Positions 10,436 to 19,403 of a stretch of 64,000 nt of DNA are shown here, one piece after another. The stretch's first letter is position 1. Every line of letters begins with the position of its first letter. A program made the position numbers and the translations under genes. Source of the stretch: a virus. The stretch spans positions 1 through 64,000 of IMG/VR virus record IMGVR_UViG_3300035204_001594. The stretch is one strand, 5' to 3'. The notes below the pieces were generated by a model, which worked only from the letters and a program-made list of their open reading frames with translations, made no database searches and was not told the DNA's origin.

Positions 10436-10455
10436 TTCTATCAGCCCCCCTTTTT
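10420..10455 (-). terminator. intrinsic terminator ending the Ubl-E2-JAB-E1 operon (possibly bidirectional)
   Basis: Stem GGGGCTGA/TCAGCCCC (10427-10448) with a 6-nt loop, flanked by A7 and T5 tracts, about 10 nt after the E1 stop. Confidence 0.85.
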
Positions 10456-10464
10456 CGCTACCGG

Positions 10465-11214
10465 CTAACCGGCCACTAACTCTTCTGCTCTCTTCGGAAC
10501 AACTCTGTCTTCCATGGACAGCGTGCTCATATCGTTGAGATTCATAGAGATATACTCCTCTACAGGAATACCCCTCATCCAGTTGCTAATGTGTGAGATA
10601 AGCAGTCCCGCAGCCACAGAGCAGGGGTAGATCATAGATCTAGCCGAGCAAGGAGCCTGAAAGGCGTCCTCCTCCTCGAACAGAGACATAGGGTAATTTT
10701 CAAAACTATCCCATCCTTTATGAGCTCCATACACTTGAACAATGGGTCCCATCATACGAGCGTCTAGGAATAGGTCTAAGTTTTGATGGCCTTTAGAGGC
10801 TTCCCAAATTTCTTTACGTGTGGTTATAGAGTCCACGCAGCTGATAACTACTAACTTATTACTACCCGGGGCCAGGTTTTTACCTGCGTCCAGGGTTCTC
10901 TGAAGCATAGAGGGGTCGAATTTGCGGGCATACTCAACCACACTAATCTCACTGTTGGTTTCCCTAACCTCACGCCCTAAAGCTTCCACTTTCTGCATGC
11001 CCAGGTCTTGTTCTTTATACCCCTGAGCCGCGAGGTTGTGAGGTTCTACGTCATCTGGGTCCACCAATACAAGTGTACCAAATCCTGTAGCCGCAGCGAT
11101 CATAGCGGTAGGTCGCCCTAAAGCACCCACCCCTACTAACAATATATGAATTTTATTAAGTTCTTCAACAGGTAGAATAGACGTCTGACGATCGTATCTA
11201 TTAGATATACTCAT
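10465..11214 (-). CDS. E1-like (ThiF/MoeB family) ubiquitin-like activating enzyme
   Basis: RYDRQ, VGVGALG nucleotide-binding loop, DPDDVEPHNLAAQ, CVDS..R; candidate catalytic Cys in APCSAR; start moved to ATG 11214 (ATGA overlap with the JAB stop). Confidence 0.9.
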   Translation of the reverse strand: MSISNRYDRQTSILPVEELNKIHILLVGVGALGRPTAMIAAATGFGTLVLVDPDDVEPHNLAAQGYKEQDLGMQKVEALGREVRETNSEISVVEYARKFDPSMLQRTLDAGKNLAPGSNKLVVISCVDSITTRKEIWEASKGHQNLDLFLDARMMGPIVQVYGAHKGWDSFENYPMSLFEEEDAFQAPCSARSMIYPCSVAAGLLISHISNWMRGIPVEEYISMNLNDMSTLSMEDRVVPKRAEELVAG

Positions 11215-12413
11215 GCTGACACCCACGTGCATTCCGCGCGAATATCTGCCGCTGCCTCTGTTTGACCGTTATCCTCCAAATAAAGTATAAAGGCCTCTTC
11301 TTCAAGTTGACCGGTTTTCACATGGATATTTAACGCTTTTAAGATATCCGCAAGTACAAAGTGGGTATCTCCTACCCACGGCTCTACGGAAATCTCATTT
11401 TTAGCACATATACCTAAGAGAGCTGCTGAGCCAACTTCTCCAATTTCTGCAGCCACCTCTAAGTATATATCCTCTAGATCCTGAGGGCCACACCCGAACT
11501 TATCCGCACATTCTTTGTCGCTTATAAGAACAGATTTGTTGTTTTCTGAGCAGGTTATAAGGGTGTAAAAAGGATCCATATCAAACCCATCCTCATACCT
11601 ATCTTCAGACTCTACTCCGAAGGTCTTCGGTCCGCTTGGTGGAAAAGGATCGTCTCTTAGATCCAGATGACTTTGCTGAGCCTCAAAATAAGCTACATCG
11701 TCCCACGTAGAGTGGTTATACACCCCATAATCATCTCCCCCTGCATCACATGCATCTGAATCCTTACCAAAACTACTACTAGATTCCCTAGAGACGGGAG
11801 GTAAAACACTTTTAATCTTACCCTTGCCCTTATTAAACCACTTATTTGTGTAGACAACTTTAAGTGGCGCTACAAGTTCTAAACTTTTAGCCCATTCTCC
11901 TGATGTATCTTTTATACTACTTGTCCGCTGGACAATATCATCGATGGCTTCGGTCTCAAAGTCTATTTTAATACTCATCTCTGTCTCAACCCGTCCTAAT
12001 AAAGGATCGGTAGCTCGAAGGCGGGCATACATATCCCCAGATTGGGATAGTATAAACATAACTAACTTGGCCTTACCTCCAAACTGGTTATTACCTGTAA
12101 ACGTACTTTCATCAGTAGATGAAGGTTTGGCACCACATCCTTTTGGATGTGTGTGCCCCCATATTAGAGCAAACTGGTCTAGGTCGTACCCCTGTTTGTG
12201 CATATGTGCCATATATTCAGCTAAAGCATCGTCGTCAAATTTATTTAAGGTTAGGTTAGCCTCTTGGCCGATAACGTTGATGTCTTCGACATACAGAGGG
12301 TTGTCCTTGCGGCCTAGGCACCAGAAGCCGACCTCCGTATCGGCTAGCCTAGCTATATACGTCATTTTTATAAACGCATATGTAGAAAAGGTTAAAGTGG
12401 GTTTGGTTAACAT
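11211..12413 (-). CDS. JAB/JAMM (MPN+) metalloprotease with acidic C-terminal extension
   Basis: TEVGFW ... WGHTHP-x7-S-x2-D: JAMM Zn ligands intact. Confidence 0.85.
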   Translation of the reverse strand: MLTKPTLTFSTYAFIKMTYIARLADTEVGFWCLGRKDNPLYVEDINVIGQEANLTLNKFDDDALAEYMAHMHKQGYDLDQFALIWGHTHPKGCGAKPSSTDESTFTGNNQFGGKAKLVMFILSQSGDMYARLRATDPLLGRVETEMSIKIDFETEAIDDIVQRTSSIKDTSGEWAKSLELVAPLKVVYTNKWFNKGKGKIKSVLPPVSRESSSSFGKDSDACDAGGDDYGVYNHSTWDDVAYFEAQQSHLDLRDDPFPPSGPKTFGVESEDRYEDGFDMDPFYTLITCSENNKSVLISDKECADKFGCGPQDLEDIYLEVAAEIGEVGSAALLGICAKNEISVEPWVGDTHFVLADILKALNIHVKTGQLEEEAFILYLEDNGQTEAAADIRAECTWVSA

Positions 12414-14380
12414 GTGGTTTCCTCGTTTTCTTTCATGTTGTTAGTTAAGAGGGCTGGTGTTTGTTGTAAAATTTCTAAATTTAAAGCGGCGATAGCTTGA
12501 CTTGCTAAGTCCCGTTCTTCTAAGTGAAGTTTAAGGACATAGTGTTCAATGCCTGGGTCGTTACTCAAGGATAAGCGTACACAGTCTTTTCTACGACCCC
12601 ACACAGCGTAGTAATCAATAGGATAGGGTCGCATTCTATATATGCTCTTAGTAGAGGCGCTACATAGTTCGCGGTACACTACATCTGATAAGCGTACGTA
12701 AACCGATTCACCGTTTTCGTCCTCTTCAGCGATATCATCCTCGTGTATTAGTGCGATGTTTCCCGCAAAAAATGTTGGCGGATACTCGTTATTATGCGGA
12801 TGCTCGTCACTAGAGGGGGCAGAGTACGCCTCTAAGAGTGTAAGTGTGGCTCGAATAGGCATACTACCAGAACCGTAAACGATCTCGTCTTCTCGCGATC
12901 TAACATCCTCAAGTCTTTCAGGAATCCATAAGCGACGTATATCATCGTTCCCAATAAAATAGGTTGTTCCCCCTATAAGGCTATCTAAGTGTAGGGTAAC
13001 GGCATCATCAGTGCGGATAAAAGTATCTTCACCGTCGGCCCATGCAGCTTCACTCATTGGAATATAACGGTCTTCTAACTCTGAGTACTCGCAGCAGCTT
13101 TCGTGATACCAATCCCCGTCCGAAAGTACATCCTCCTCTGTATCCACTTCGTCTCCACAGTCGTAGCAGTAACAAGTATCTTCGTCGTCTCCGCCATGCT
13201 CACGTCGCCACATATCTCGAGTCATTGTAAAGCGCTTTAATGCGGCATAAGTATCACTGTCCTCATAGTTATTTAACACTCCTATAACTATATCTAAACC
13301 TCCCCCTAAGTTAAAGGTATTGGCTGCATCATTGTACACCTGGGAAGCGCGTCCGAAACATAGATTTCCTGACTCCCCCACATGAGGGTGTATATACCCG
13401 TTGGCTGCAGATTCGTCCTCTAGGTTTCCCAAGCGGTGTATGTTTATTGCAGTGTCACTGTATGTTCCTATACATTTAGTAAATTTGTTATAGTCCCAGG
13501 AAATCCATATATCTCTAAAGGTGTGTGTAGTCTCTACCTCACCTTCCGTACCCCTATAGTGATTTAGGGTTATAGGTCTTAAGGCGTACCAAAAGGTTCG
13601 AGTTTTCGGGGAGTATAAGCAGGCTCTACATAAAGGATTATAATAACCTTTTGTAGCGGCATACAGATCCCTAAACACACCGGTAGGTGCTTTAGCAATA
13701 GAGGCCTGTAATTGTTTGTAGATTTCCGAGGTCTCAGAGCTGTTTTCGTAGAAGTTATCTGCTTGAAACCGACCATTCTCCAGAAATTTATCCACAGAAT
13801 TACTGAGATTTGAAACAATATAATCCACATCTCTCCTAAATTGGCGACGGAAGACAGGGACGTAGAGCTCGTCTAGGCGTAGAGGGCAAGCTTTGCGGTT
13901 AGAGGTGTTTTGCCGAGTCCAGTAGTCGTCTACAAGTTTATGGGCAACGTCATCGGGTGATCGATCTCCTAGTATCAGGTCCCTTACGAGGTCAGAACTA
14001 GGTCTATTCGGGTACGCTGCAGCTATATACTGCCCAAGACTTTCTAGCATAACATATCGAGCTTTGCGGCCTATGTTTAGTAGTTCGTATATGTATTCCC
14101 TGTGGGCGTTAGCCCGCGACTCGCGTAGTCGTGAGGTTAGATTGGCTACCCCCTTCATGTGTAGGCGGCAAGCTAATCTATAAATAGATGTATCGGACAT
14201 ACCGCTTACCGACACCCAACTAGAAGGGCTATCGTCGTGAGAAGGCCTAATCTGATTGCTATACACTCCTCTAATCATGTCTTCACGAGCCGCTATGTCT
14301 TTCTCTACGCGTGCTTTTAATATATCTGGTGCTAATGGGTTTTGTAAAAGATTTGTTACGATTTTATTGTGTTTGTTCAT
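12407..14380 (-). CDS. multidomain protein with E2-like (UBC-fold) domain and Cys/His-rich C-terminal region
   Basis: GYIHPHVGESGNLCFG matches the E2 HP(N/H)[IV]xxxGx[IL]C active-site motif; followed by CYCYDC..WYHESCC; start placed at ATG 14380 with AAGGA RBS. Confidence 0.75.
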   Translation of the reverse strand: MNKHNKIVTNLLQNPLAPDILKARVEKDIAAREDMIRGVYSNQIRPSHDDSPSSWVSVSGMSDTSIYRLACRLHMKGVANLTSRLRESRANAHREYIYELLNIGRKARYVMLESLGQYIAAAYPNRPSSDLVRDLILGDRSPDDVAHKLVDDYWTRQNTSNRKACPLRLDELYVPVFRRQFRRDVDYIVSNLSNSVDKFLENGRFQADNFYENSSETSEIYKQLQASIAKAPTGVFRDLYAATKGYYNPLCRACLYSPKTRTFWYALRPITLNHYRGTEGEVETTHTFRDIWISWDYNKFTKCIGTYSDTAINIHRLGNLEDESAANGYIHPHVGESGNLCFGRASQVYNDAANTFNLGGGLDIVIGVLNNYEDSDTYAALKRFTMTRDMWRREHGGDDEDTCYCYDCGDEVDTEEDVLSDGDWYHESCCEYSELEDRYIPMSEAAWADGEDTFIRTDDAVTLHLDSLIGGTTYFIGNDDIRRLWIPERLEDVRSREDEIVYGSGSMPIRATLTLLEAYSAPSSDEHPHNNEYPPTFFAGNIALIHEDDIAEEDENGESVYVRLSDVVYRELCSASTKSIYRMRPYPIDYYAVWGRRKDCVRLSLSNDPGIEHYVLKLHLEERDLASQAIAALNLEILQQTPALLTNNMKENEETTC

Positions 14381-14393
14381 AGCTTCCTTAGTC

Positions 14394-14423
14394 AAAGCGG
14401 GGGGTAGTCAGACCCCCCGCTTT
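14394..14423 (-). promoter_or_regulatory. intercistronic GC-rich hairpin between the Ubl and E2 genes
   Basis: Perfect 12-bp stem AAAGCGGGGGGT/ACCCCCCGCTTT with a 6-nt loop and only a 3-U tail, ending just before the E2 RBS. Confidence 0.7.
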
Positions 14424-14441
14424 ACGTGTATCTAGGTTATA

Positions 14442-14750
14442 TTAGCAACCACCTTGGATTTTAGTAGGGGTTACTTGTACACTATCACCTGGGTTTAAAG
14501 TTTGCCCAGCTTCAGCATTCATGCCATTAATTTTAACTATAAAGTTTTTAGGCGCTGCGTTGATTTTAAGATTATCTTTAAAGAACGAGTCAATAGTAGT
14601 TCCTGAAGGAATCACGTAGTCTTGACTAGTGTGGTTATATACGTCTAAGCAAGAGACGTTTATAGTAGAAGATGTGTTGGTATCTGTGCCGCCAAATGTA
14701 GTGTTGCAGGTTTGTGTTTCGGTTGCGCCGAATGTTGATTCAGGGTTCAT
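14442..14750 (-). CDS. ubiquitin-like beta-grasp (ThiS/MoaD-type) protein with capped di-Gly C-terminus
   Basis: VKINGMNAEAGQTLNPGDSVQVTPTKIQGG-C-stop: typical ING....L..GD.V and GG signature. Confidence 0.88.
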   Translation of the reverse strand: MNPESTFGATETQTCNTTFGGTDTNTSSTINVSCLDVYNHTSQDYVIPSGTTIDSFFKDNLKINAAPKNFIVKINGMNAEAGQTLNPGDSVQVTPTKIQGGC

Positions 14751-14754
14751 AGTG

Positions 14755-15582
14755 TTAGCTTCCTTCGAGTAGCTTACGTTGTTTTATCAAATGGTTATCC
14801 AAGTACTTACCTTTGCGCTTGAATATCTTGCCGGTATAGGGACATATCCAGCCTTCACCATATGTGAAAGCTTTCCATTCCATAATGGGAACATACAGAT
14901 CCGGAGTCTCTGTAGCCGCTTTAATAATATTAGTAAACATGTATTTGCTAAGTGTCTGGTAAGTTTTATCTGTGATAGGACATACCCATAACCCGTCAGC
15001 ATTTCGACGAGGGGAAGGCTGAGTAAGATTTTCCGTAGTTTCAGTACCGATTGGGCGCGCCTCACCTTCAACCTCTGTTACAAGGTCTTCGGGTAAGCCA
15101 ATAATACTATCAACCCATTGGGGAAAATCTTCGCTAGCACAATCCAGTACATGAATCTCTCTATCCGGGTAACTTTTATTTATAAATTTCTTGGCAGCGG
15201 TTTTAGCCCACTTCCGAGCAGCGGTTAGTGTTCTCGACGAGTGATCCGGAGCCTTACGCTCCTTAGGCTTTTCGAACAAGAAAATACAAAACGGTTTAGA
15301 TGCTGTAGGAGGCTTAAACTTATGCTGAAACCCGCCAGCGGTTACCTTAGAGCTTATCTCTTGTTGGTAAACCCGCTCCTCCTTTTCTTGCCTTTTTTCT
15401 GCTCTTTTAATGTACGAGAACGGCCTAACTACCCACGCATCTTTAGGCCATAAGGCCTTAGCGCATTTAGTGGCTGCTCTTTCTGTATCAAAAAGGCTCG
15501 GTTTACCCGAGCCTTCTTCTACATAGGAATCTAAATTTTTTAACCAAATTACGTATTTAGACGATTTCGACATCCAATTCAT
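14755..15582 (-). CDS. hypothetical protein with two WxCPxTxK repeats
   Basis: GLWVCPITDKTY..SKY and GWICPYTGKIF..GKY; ends 4 nt before the Ubl start. Confidence 0.6.
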   Translation of the reverse strand: MNWMSKSSKYVIWLKNLDSYVEEGSGKPSLFDTERAATKCAKALWPKDAWVVRPFSYIKRAEKRQEKEERVYQQEISSKVTAGGFQHKFKPPTASKPFCIFLFEKPKERKAPDHSSRTLTAARKWAKTAAKKFINKSYPDREIHVLDCASEDFPQWVDSIIGLPEDLVTEVEGEARPIGTETTENLTQPSPRRNADGLWVCPITDKTYQTLSKYMFTNIIKAATETPDLYVPIMEWKAFTYGEGWICPYTGKIFKRKGKYLDNHLIKQRKLLEGS

Positions 15583-15772
15583 TTAAGGGGACTACGGTAA
15601 TCTGCCCTATGTTCGTAACTAAGTTACGTTTATAGAGTATATCGAAGGCCTCTTGTTTTTTCTGTTGTGCCTCCTCCTGGGAGGAAAACATAAACTCTGG
15701 GTCTTTAAGAAACCCTCCTAAAGTCCCTCCGTCTTTAGTAGTGTATGCTAGTACCCAAAGTATGCTGTTCAT
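15557..15772 (-). CDS. hypothetical protein
   Basis: 71 aa, fits the tightly packed operon. Confidence 0.55.
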   Translation of the reverse strand: MNSILWVLAYTTKDGGTLGGFLKDPEFMFSSQEEAQQKKQEAFDILYKRNLVTNIGQITVVPLNELDVEIV

Positions 15773-15775
15773 AAA

Positions 15776-16243
15776 TTACGCTCCCCGAGCTTGCACCAAC
15801 CCTTGTAGTAACTTTCTCGCCCTCTCTTGTAGGTTACGGAGTTGAAGCTCCGCGCCCTCAGGAGAAGAGGGTATCTCATGATCTTTAGAAGCGATTTCTC
15901 CTACCAGCTTAATGAGATCGAAAGTACTGGCGGTCGCAGTGGTTGTCTCGGTTGACAGTTCAATGTTTTCTTCCTCTATTTTATTTTGATCGAAGACAAT
16001 GTCCAAAACGGTGAGGCCTAGTATATTAGGGTTATCCAGCCACCCACTCAACTCGTCATAAACGCAGTTAGCTACGCAGTTAACAGTAGGGAGCTTACCA
16101 AATACGTCCTCGCCTTGTAAGGTGTTACCGTGTTCTTTAATAATATACCGATTAAAAGCAGCTATATCGTCTATAACTAGTTTTAAATTAATAAGTGTTC
16201 CGTTGGATAGGTTAATTCGGGGTTGAGTAGTTTGAGAGGTCAT
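15776..16243 (-). CDS. hypothetical protein
   Basis: 155 aa, 4-bp overlap with the upstream gene. Confidence 0.6.
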   Translation of the reverse strand: MTSQTTQPRINLSNGTLINLKLVIDDIAAFNRYIIKEHGNTLQGEDVFGKLPTVNCVANCVYDELSGWLDNPNILGLTVLDIVFDQNKIEEENIELSTETTTATASTFDLIKLVGEIASKDHEIPSSPEGAELQLRNLQERARKLLQGLVQARGA

Positions 16244-16749
16244 AGTATAGTTAAAAATCCTGATAAAGTATCTACAACCACTCCCCCTTGACCAGACTTA
16301 GAGGCTCTTACGAGTCGGAAGTGCCCCGTAGGGTTCTCTGTAGCCACGCCTGTATGTATGACCATATCTTGACCTAAGGTAGAGTTATAGAAAAGAATTG
16401 CGGGTATGTGATCGGGGAAGGCTGCAAACAGCTCCCCGCCTTTAGAGACAAATGTTTGCCACACCTCACACTTAGTAGGGCGTAGAAATAAATCATTCAT
16501 ACCCCATGTGTTCATTCTGTGGCTCCGAACCGTAAACGGCTCAAATAATGACTGCATCTCTAAAAGCGGAGTTTCCGAACGTTTAATCCGAGTTTCCCAG
16601 AGAGAAAGGCTTTCTGCGTTATCCTTAAACAGGTTTCGTAAGATCTTCTTACAAACCTTATTTTCATAAGCAGCTTGCCTATTCTCCTGGGATCGGTCTT
16701 TAAACTCCTTTAAATTTTCAAAGGGATTAGGACTTTTTCGAGGTTTCAT
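16240..16749 (-). CDS. hypothetical protein (weak resemblance to phage resolvase N-termini)
   Basis: Directly downstream of the RecA-like gene; AAYENKVCK loosely resembles Hjc-type N-termini but no PD-(D/E)xK motif seen; start shortened to MKPRK. Confidence 0.45.
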   Translation of the reverse strand: MKPRKSPNPFENLKEFKDRSQENRQAAYENKVCKKILRNLFKDNAESLSLWETRIKRSETPLLEMQSLFEPFTVRSHRMNTWGMNDLFLRPTKCEVWQTFVSKGGELFAAFPDHIPAILFYNSTLGQDMVIHTGVATENPTGHFRLVRASKSGQGGVVVDTLSGFLTIL

Positions 16750-17974
16750 CGTCACCGTCGCTGTCTGAAACTTTGTCGGCAGCGCCTGACTTGTGGTCCA
16801 CCTTCGCTGCCGTAGATATTTCATATGCAGCTCGTTCTTCCGGGGTAATGTCTAACCTATCCCACAACCTACTCCTATTTACACCTAACCTGTCGGAAAG
16901 GAGTTCTCGAAGCTCTACGTTGTTTCGAATAGCGGCCCCTAGTTCTGAGTCCGTTACTTTTACAATATCCAAGGCACGGCAGCTATACTTATTAGCGCTT
17001 ACCGTAACTAAACAGTCGTCTTTAATAAGCCTTTTCAATCCATGGGTGCCGTCATCCGCTAAAAGCATCGCTGTTGCTGCATCCCAGTCAAACCAGCATT
17101 TGTCAATCTGACCCGTTTCCGAGTCTTTAGTCCAACGGTATGGAATAGTAATTTGTCTCTGAGAGGCGCCTAAAGAGTTTTTAGCAGCCTTTACTTTAAG
17201 TATACGTTGGGTGTACCCTAAAGTCTTTTTAAAGTCAGGGGTACCTTTAACCACAGAAAACCACATGTCTAACACAGCATGGTAATCTTGTCCTGTGCCC
17301 CCCGGCTTACGCTTAGCTCCCTGTATAGGAGACATTATGTCGTCGCTAAGGTGGTTAACGTATAAAAACAAATAAGGTTTCATAAAGAGCTTCTCATTAA
17401 TGTACTTAAAGAACTCGTTATGAGACTTGGCTTTAACCATCCCTACAGTACTTCTTGCATTAACGGCCCCTTCTTTTCTAATTTTCTCCATGCCTTCGGA
17501 AGCGGTAACACCCCCCAAGGAGTCCACAATAAAAACAATGGGGACGTCCTTCATATTAGGGTCGTTAGAGGCGAATTCTATAGCGTCTAATACCTGAGAC
17601 TGCCATTCTTCTGTGCTAAAGGCAACATAGTCTAATGTACGGTCTAAATGATTTTCGCCGACAATGGCACGATACAAAGACGGACTCTTTTTATTTTCCG
17701 TATCTATATACACACACACGCCGCCATAATCCATCCAAGTTTTTGCTAATGTCATGGCATAGGCTGATTTACAGGACTCCTTAACCCCCGCTAAGCCGAT
17801 GACTCGGCCGCAGGGGTAGAAGTTCTGGTCTGCTATCCATCTATATGCGAGGTGATCACAAGGAAAACCCCACATTCTTTGTTCTGCCTCGGTACCCAAA
17901 CAAACTTTTCCGTCGCTATTTTTAACAGCGTTGTCTAGCATGGCTTGAATACCTGGATGGGGACTAGATTTCAT
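16727..17974 (-). CDS. RecA/UvsX-like recombinase
   Basis: Variant Walker A GVKESCKS, YIDTE, Walker B FIVDSLG, YVNH, KPGG, KNSLG. Confidence 0.85.
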   Translation of the reverse strand: MKSSPHPGIQAMLDNAVKNSDGKVCLGTEAEQRMWGFPCDHLAYRWIADQNFYPCGRVIGLAGVKESCKSAYAMTLAKTWMDYGGVCVYIDTENKKSPSLYRAIVGENHLDRTLDYVAFSTEEWQSQVLDAIEFASNDPNMKDVPIVFIVDSLGGVTASEGMEKIRKEGAVNARSTVGMVKAKSHNEFFKYINEKLFMKPYLFLYVNHLSDDIMSPIQGAKRKPGGTGQDYHAVLDMWFSVVKGTPDFKKTLGYTQRILKVKAAKNSLGASQRQITIPYRWTKDSETGQIDKCWFDWDAATAMLLADDGTHGLKRLIKDDCLVTVSANKYSCRALDIVKVTDSELGAAIRNNVELRELLSDRLGVNRSRLWDRLDITPEERAAYEISTAAKVDHKSGAADKVSDSDGDDETSKKS

Positions 17975-17982
17975 AAATAAGT

Positions 17983-19383
17983 TTAACCTTTATTTTGCTG
18001 GTCTTGAAGATTCTGTAAACGGCTCATCATTTCCTGCATCTGAGTATCGAGGTTTCCCTCGTTTCCATCAGCCGGACTAGGAGTCGCAGGAGTAGGAGTC
18101 GTAGGAGTCGGTGTGGCAGAAGGAGCTGGGATTGCACCTGCTGGAGGCATCCCTGCCGCAGGGGGAGCTGCAGGAGCCGGAGGGGTTGTAGGAGCTGTAG
18201 GCTCTACCGGAGTAACTGATGTGGGAGTAGGGGCAGCCGCTGTTGTTACAGGGGGCACACTGGGTACAGCTACCTGCGTAGGAGTGTCCTCCATAATACC
18301 TGCTCCGATTAGCGCCCACTCCGCGCCTACAAACAATTCCTTCATCCATTCAACCTGCTGACTCCACGTGCTCTTGTATAAGTAGTCGCCTATAGGCTTC
18401 ACACTATCAAACAGCTCTTGAGGCATTTGGTAGTTAGCGTATACATCGGTTAAGTTATCTACCTGACTAGAGTAGGCGGTAATGCCCGCTGCTCCAGATG
18501 GCTTAGATGTAAACTCTACTAATTTTAGGTTCTTAGCGTAATCGTGATGTACAAATGTGTCTGCTTCCCATTTCCGACGAGCATCTACATCGTTTATAAC
18601 ATCTCCGTAATTTTCACGAACATCTGTAGGGTTAGTTGTTCCTTCCCCAGATTTCATTAAAAATTTATCATAGAAACCTACTTTAGTATCCATGTGAGGA
18701 GCTGAGTTGATGGCGGTTACCTGGTTGACCAAAAATACTCTATGCTGAGGCCACTGAGCTTCGCCGGTCTCGGCATTAACAAGATAGTTGGTACCAGCGT
18801 TTTCCATAACAAACCCTTGAATAAGTAAGCATCTAGTGCCTCGGCGCATAGGAGCATCTATAGGGCTTCCGTACGGGAGAATACTCTCAGCGTCTGCATG
18901 AATCACAGGGCTGGTCGTTTCCACCTTATTGGCTCTTTTGTTAAATTTAGGGGAACCTGAGGCTTTCCATAGGTATTCCTGCAGTTTATACATAGGAGAC
19001 TGATAACCACGCCCCCAAGACTGCTCCGCTATAACTTTCTCTTCGCCAGTTTCCTCATCTACAACTGTATTGATTGCTAAAATGGACATACGCTGTGAGC
19101 TATCCCCTAGCCCTATGTTTTGGTAGATGTACACCCAATCTAAAGCATAGTCGCCTAGTACGGGGAGCATACCTGTATTACGTGCCTTGTCATCTACGAA
19201 CATACCATACGTAAGGGTGTTATCTGACGTAGGTATATAGGGGATTATGAATTTAGAAGGACCTTTGTTTCCTCCTAAGTACGCGAGGGCCGGAGCATCG
19301 GGACTTAAAATTTTATTAAATTTATATTCTGTTGTAGCATTATTCGCTTGATTAGCGATATCTAGTGCTGGGTTTTTAGACAT
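17983..19383 (-). CDS. putative ssDNA-binding/recombination accessory protein with Pro/Thr/Ala linker
   Basis: Lies between the DNA polymerase and recombinase genes; low-complexity linker and short helical tail; start moved to ATG 19383 (AGGA RBS). Function inferred from position only. Confidence 0.4.
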   Translation of the reverse strand: MSKNPALDIANQANNATTEYKFNKILSPDAPALAYLGGNKGPSKFIIPYIPTSDNTLTYGMFVDDKARNTGMLPVLGDYALDWVYIYQNIGLGDSSQRMSILAINTVVDEETGEEKVIAEQSWGRGYQSPMYKLQEYLWKASGSPKFNKRANKVETTSPVIHADAESILPYGSPIDAPMRRGTRCLLIQGFVMENAGTNYLVNAETGEAQWPQHRVFLVNQVTAINSAPHMDTKVGFYDKFLMKSGEGTTNPTDVRENYGDVINDVDARRKWEADTFVHHDYAKNLKLVEFTSKPSGAAGITAYSSQVDNLTDVYANYQMPQELFDSVKPIGDYLYKSTWSQQVEWMKELFVGAEWALIGAGIMEDTPTQVAVPSVPPVTTAAAPTPTSVTPVEPTAPTTPPAPAAPPAAGMPPAGAIPAPSATPTPTTPTPATPSPADGNEGNLDTQMQEMMSRLQNLQDQQNKG

Positions 19384-19403
19384 GTTGTCGTAATTCCTGG
19401 GGG

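Noticed and set aside
10465-14750. ThiF/ThiS or MoeB/MoaD cofactor biosynthesis genes
   Set aside because: No ThiG, MoaE, cysteine synthase or rhodanese nearby; the E2-like gene between them points to protein conjugation
16240-16749. Firm Holliday junction resolvase call
   Set aside because: Position fits, but catalytic PD-(D/E)xK or RuvC residues could not be identified
18070-18290. Short GGAGTCG/AGGAG-type repeats as a CRISPR or regulatory array
   Set aside because: They encode the Pro/Thr/Ala linker of 17983-19383; no constant repeat-spacer period
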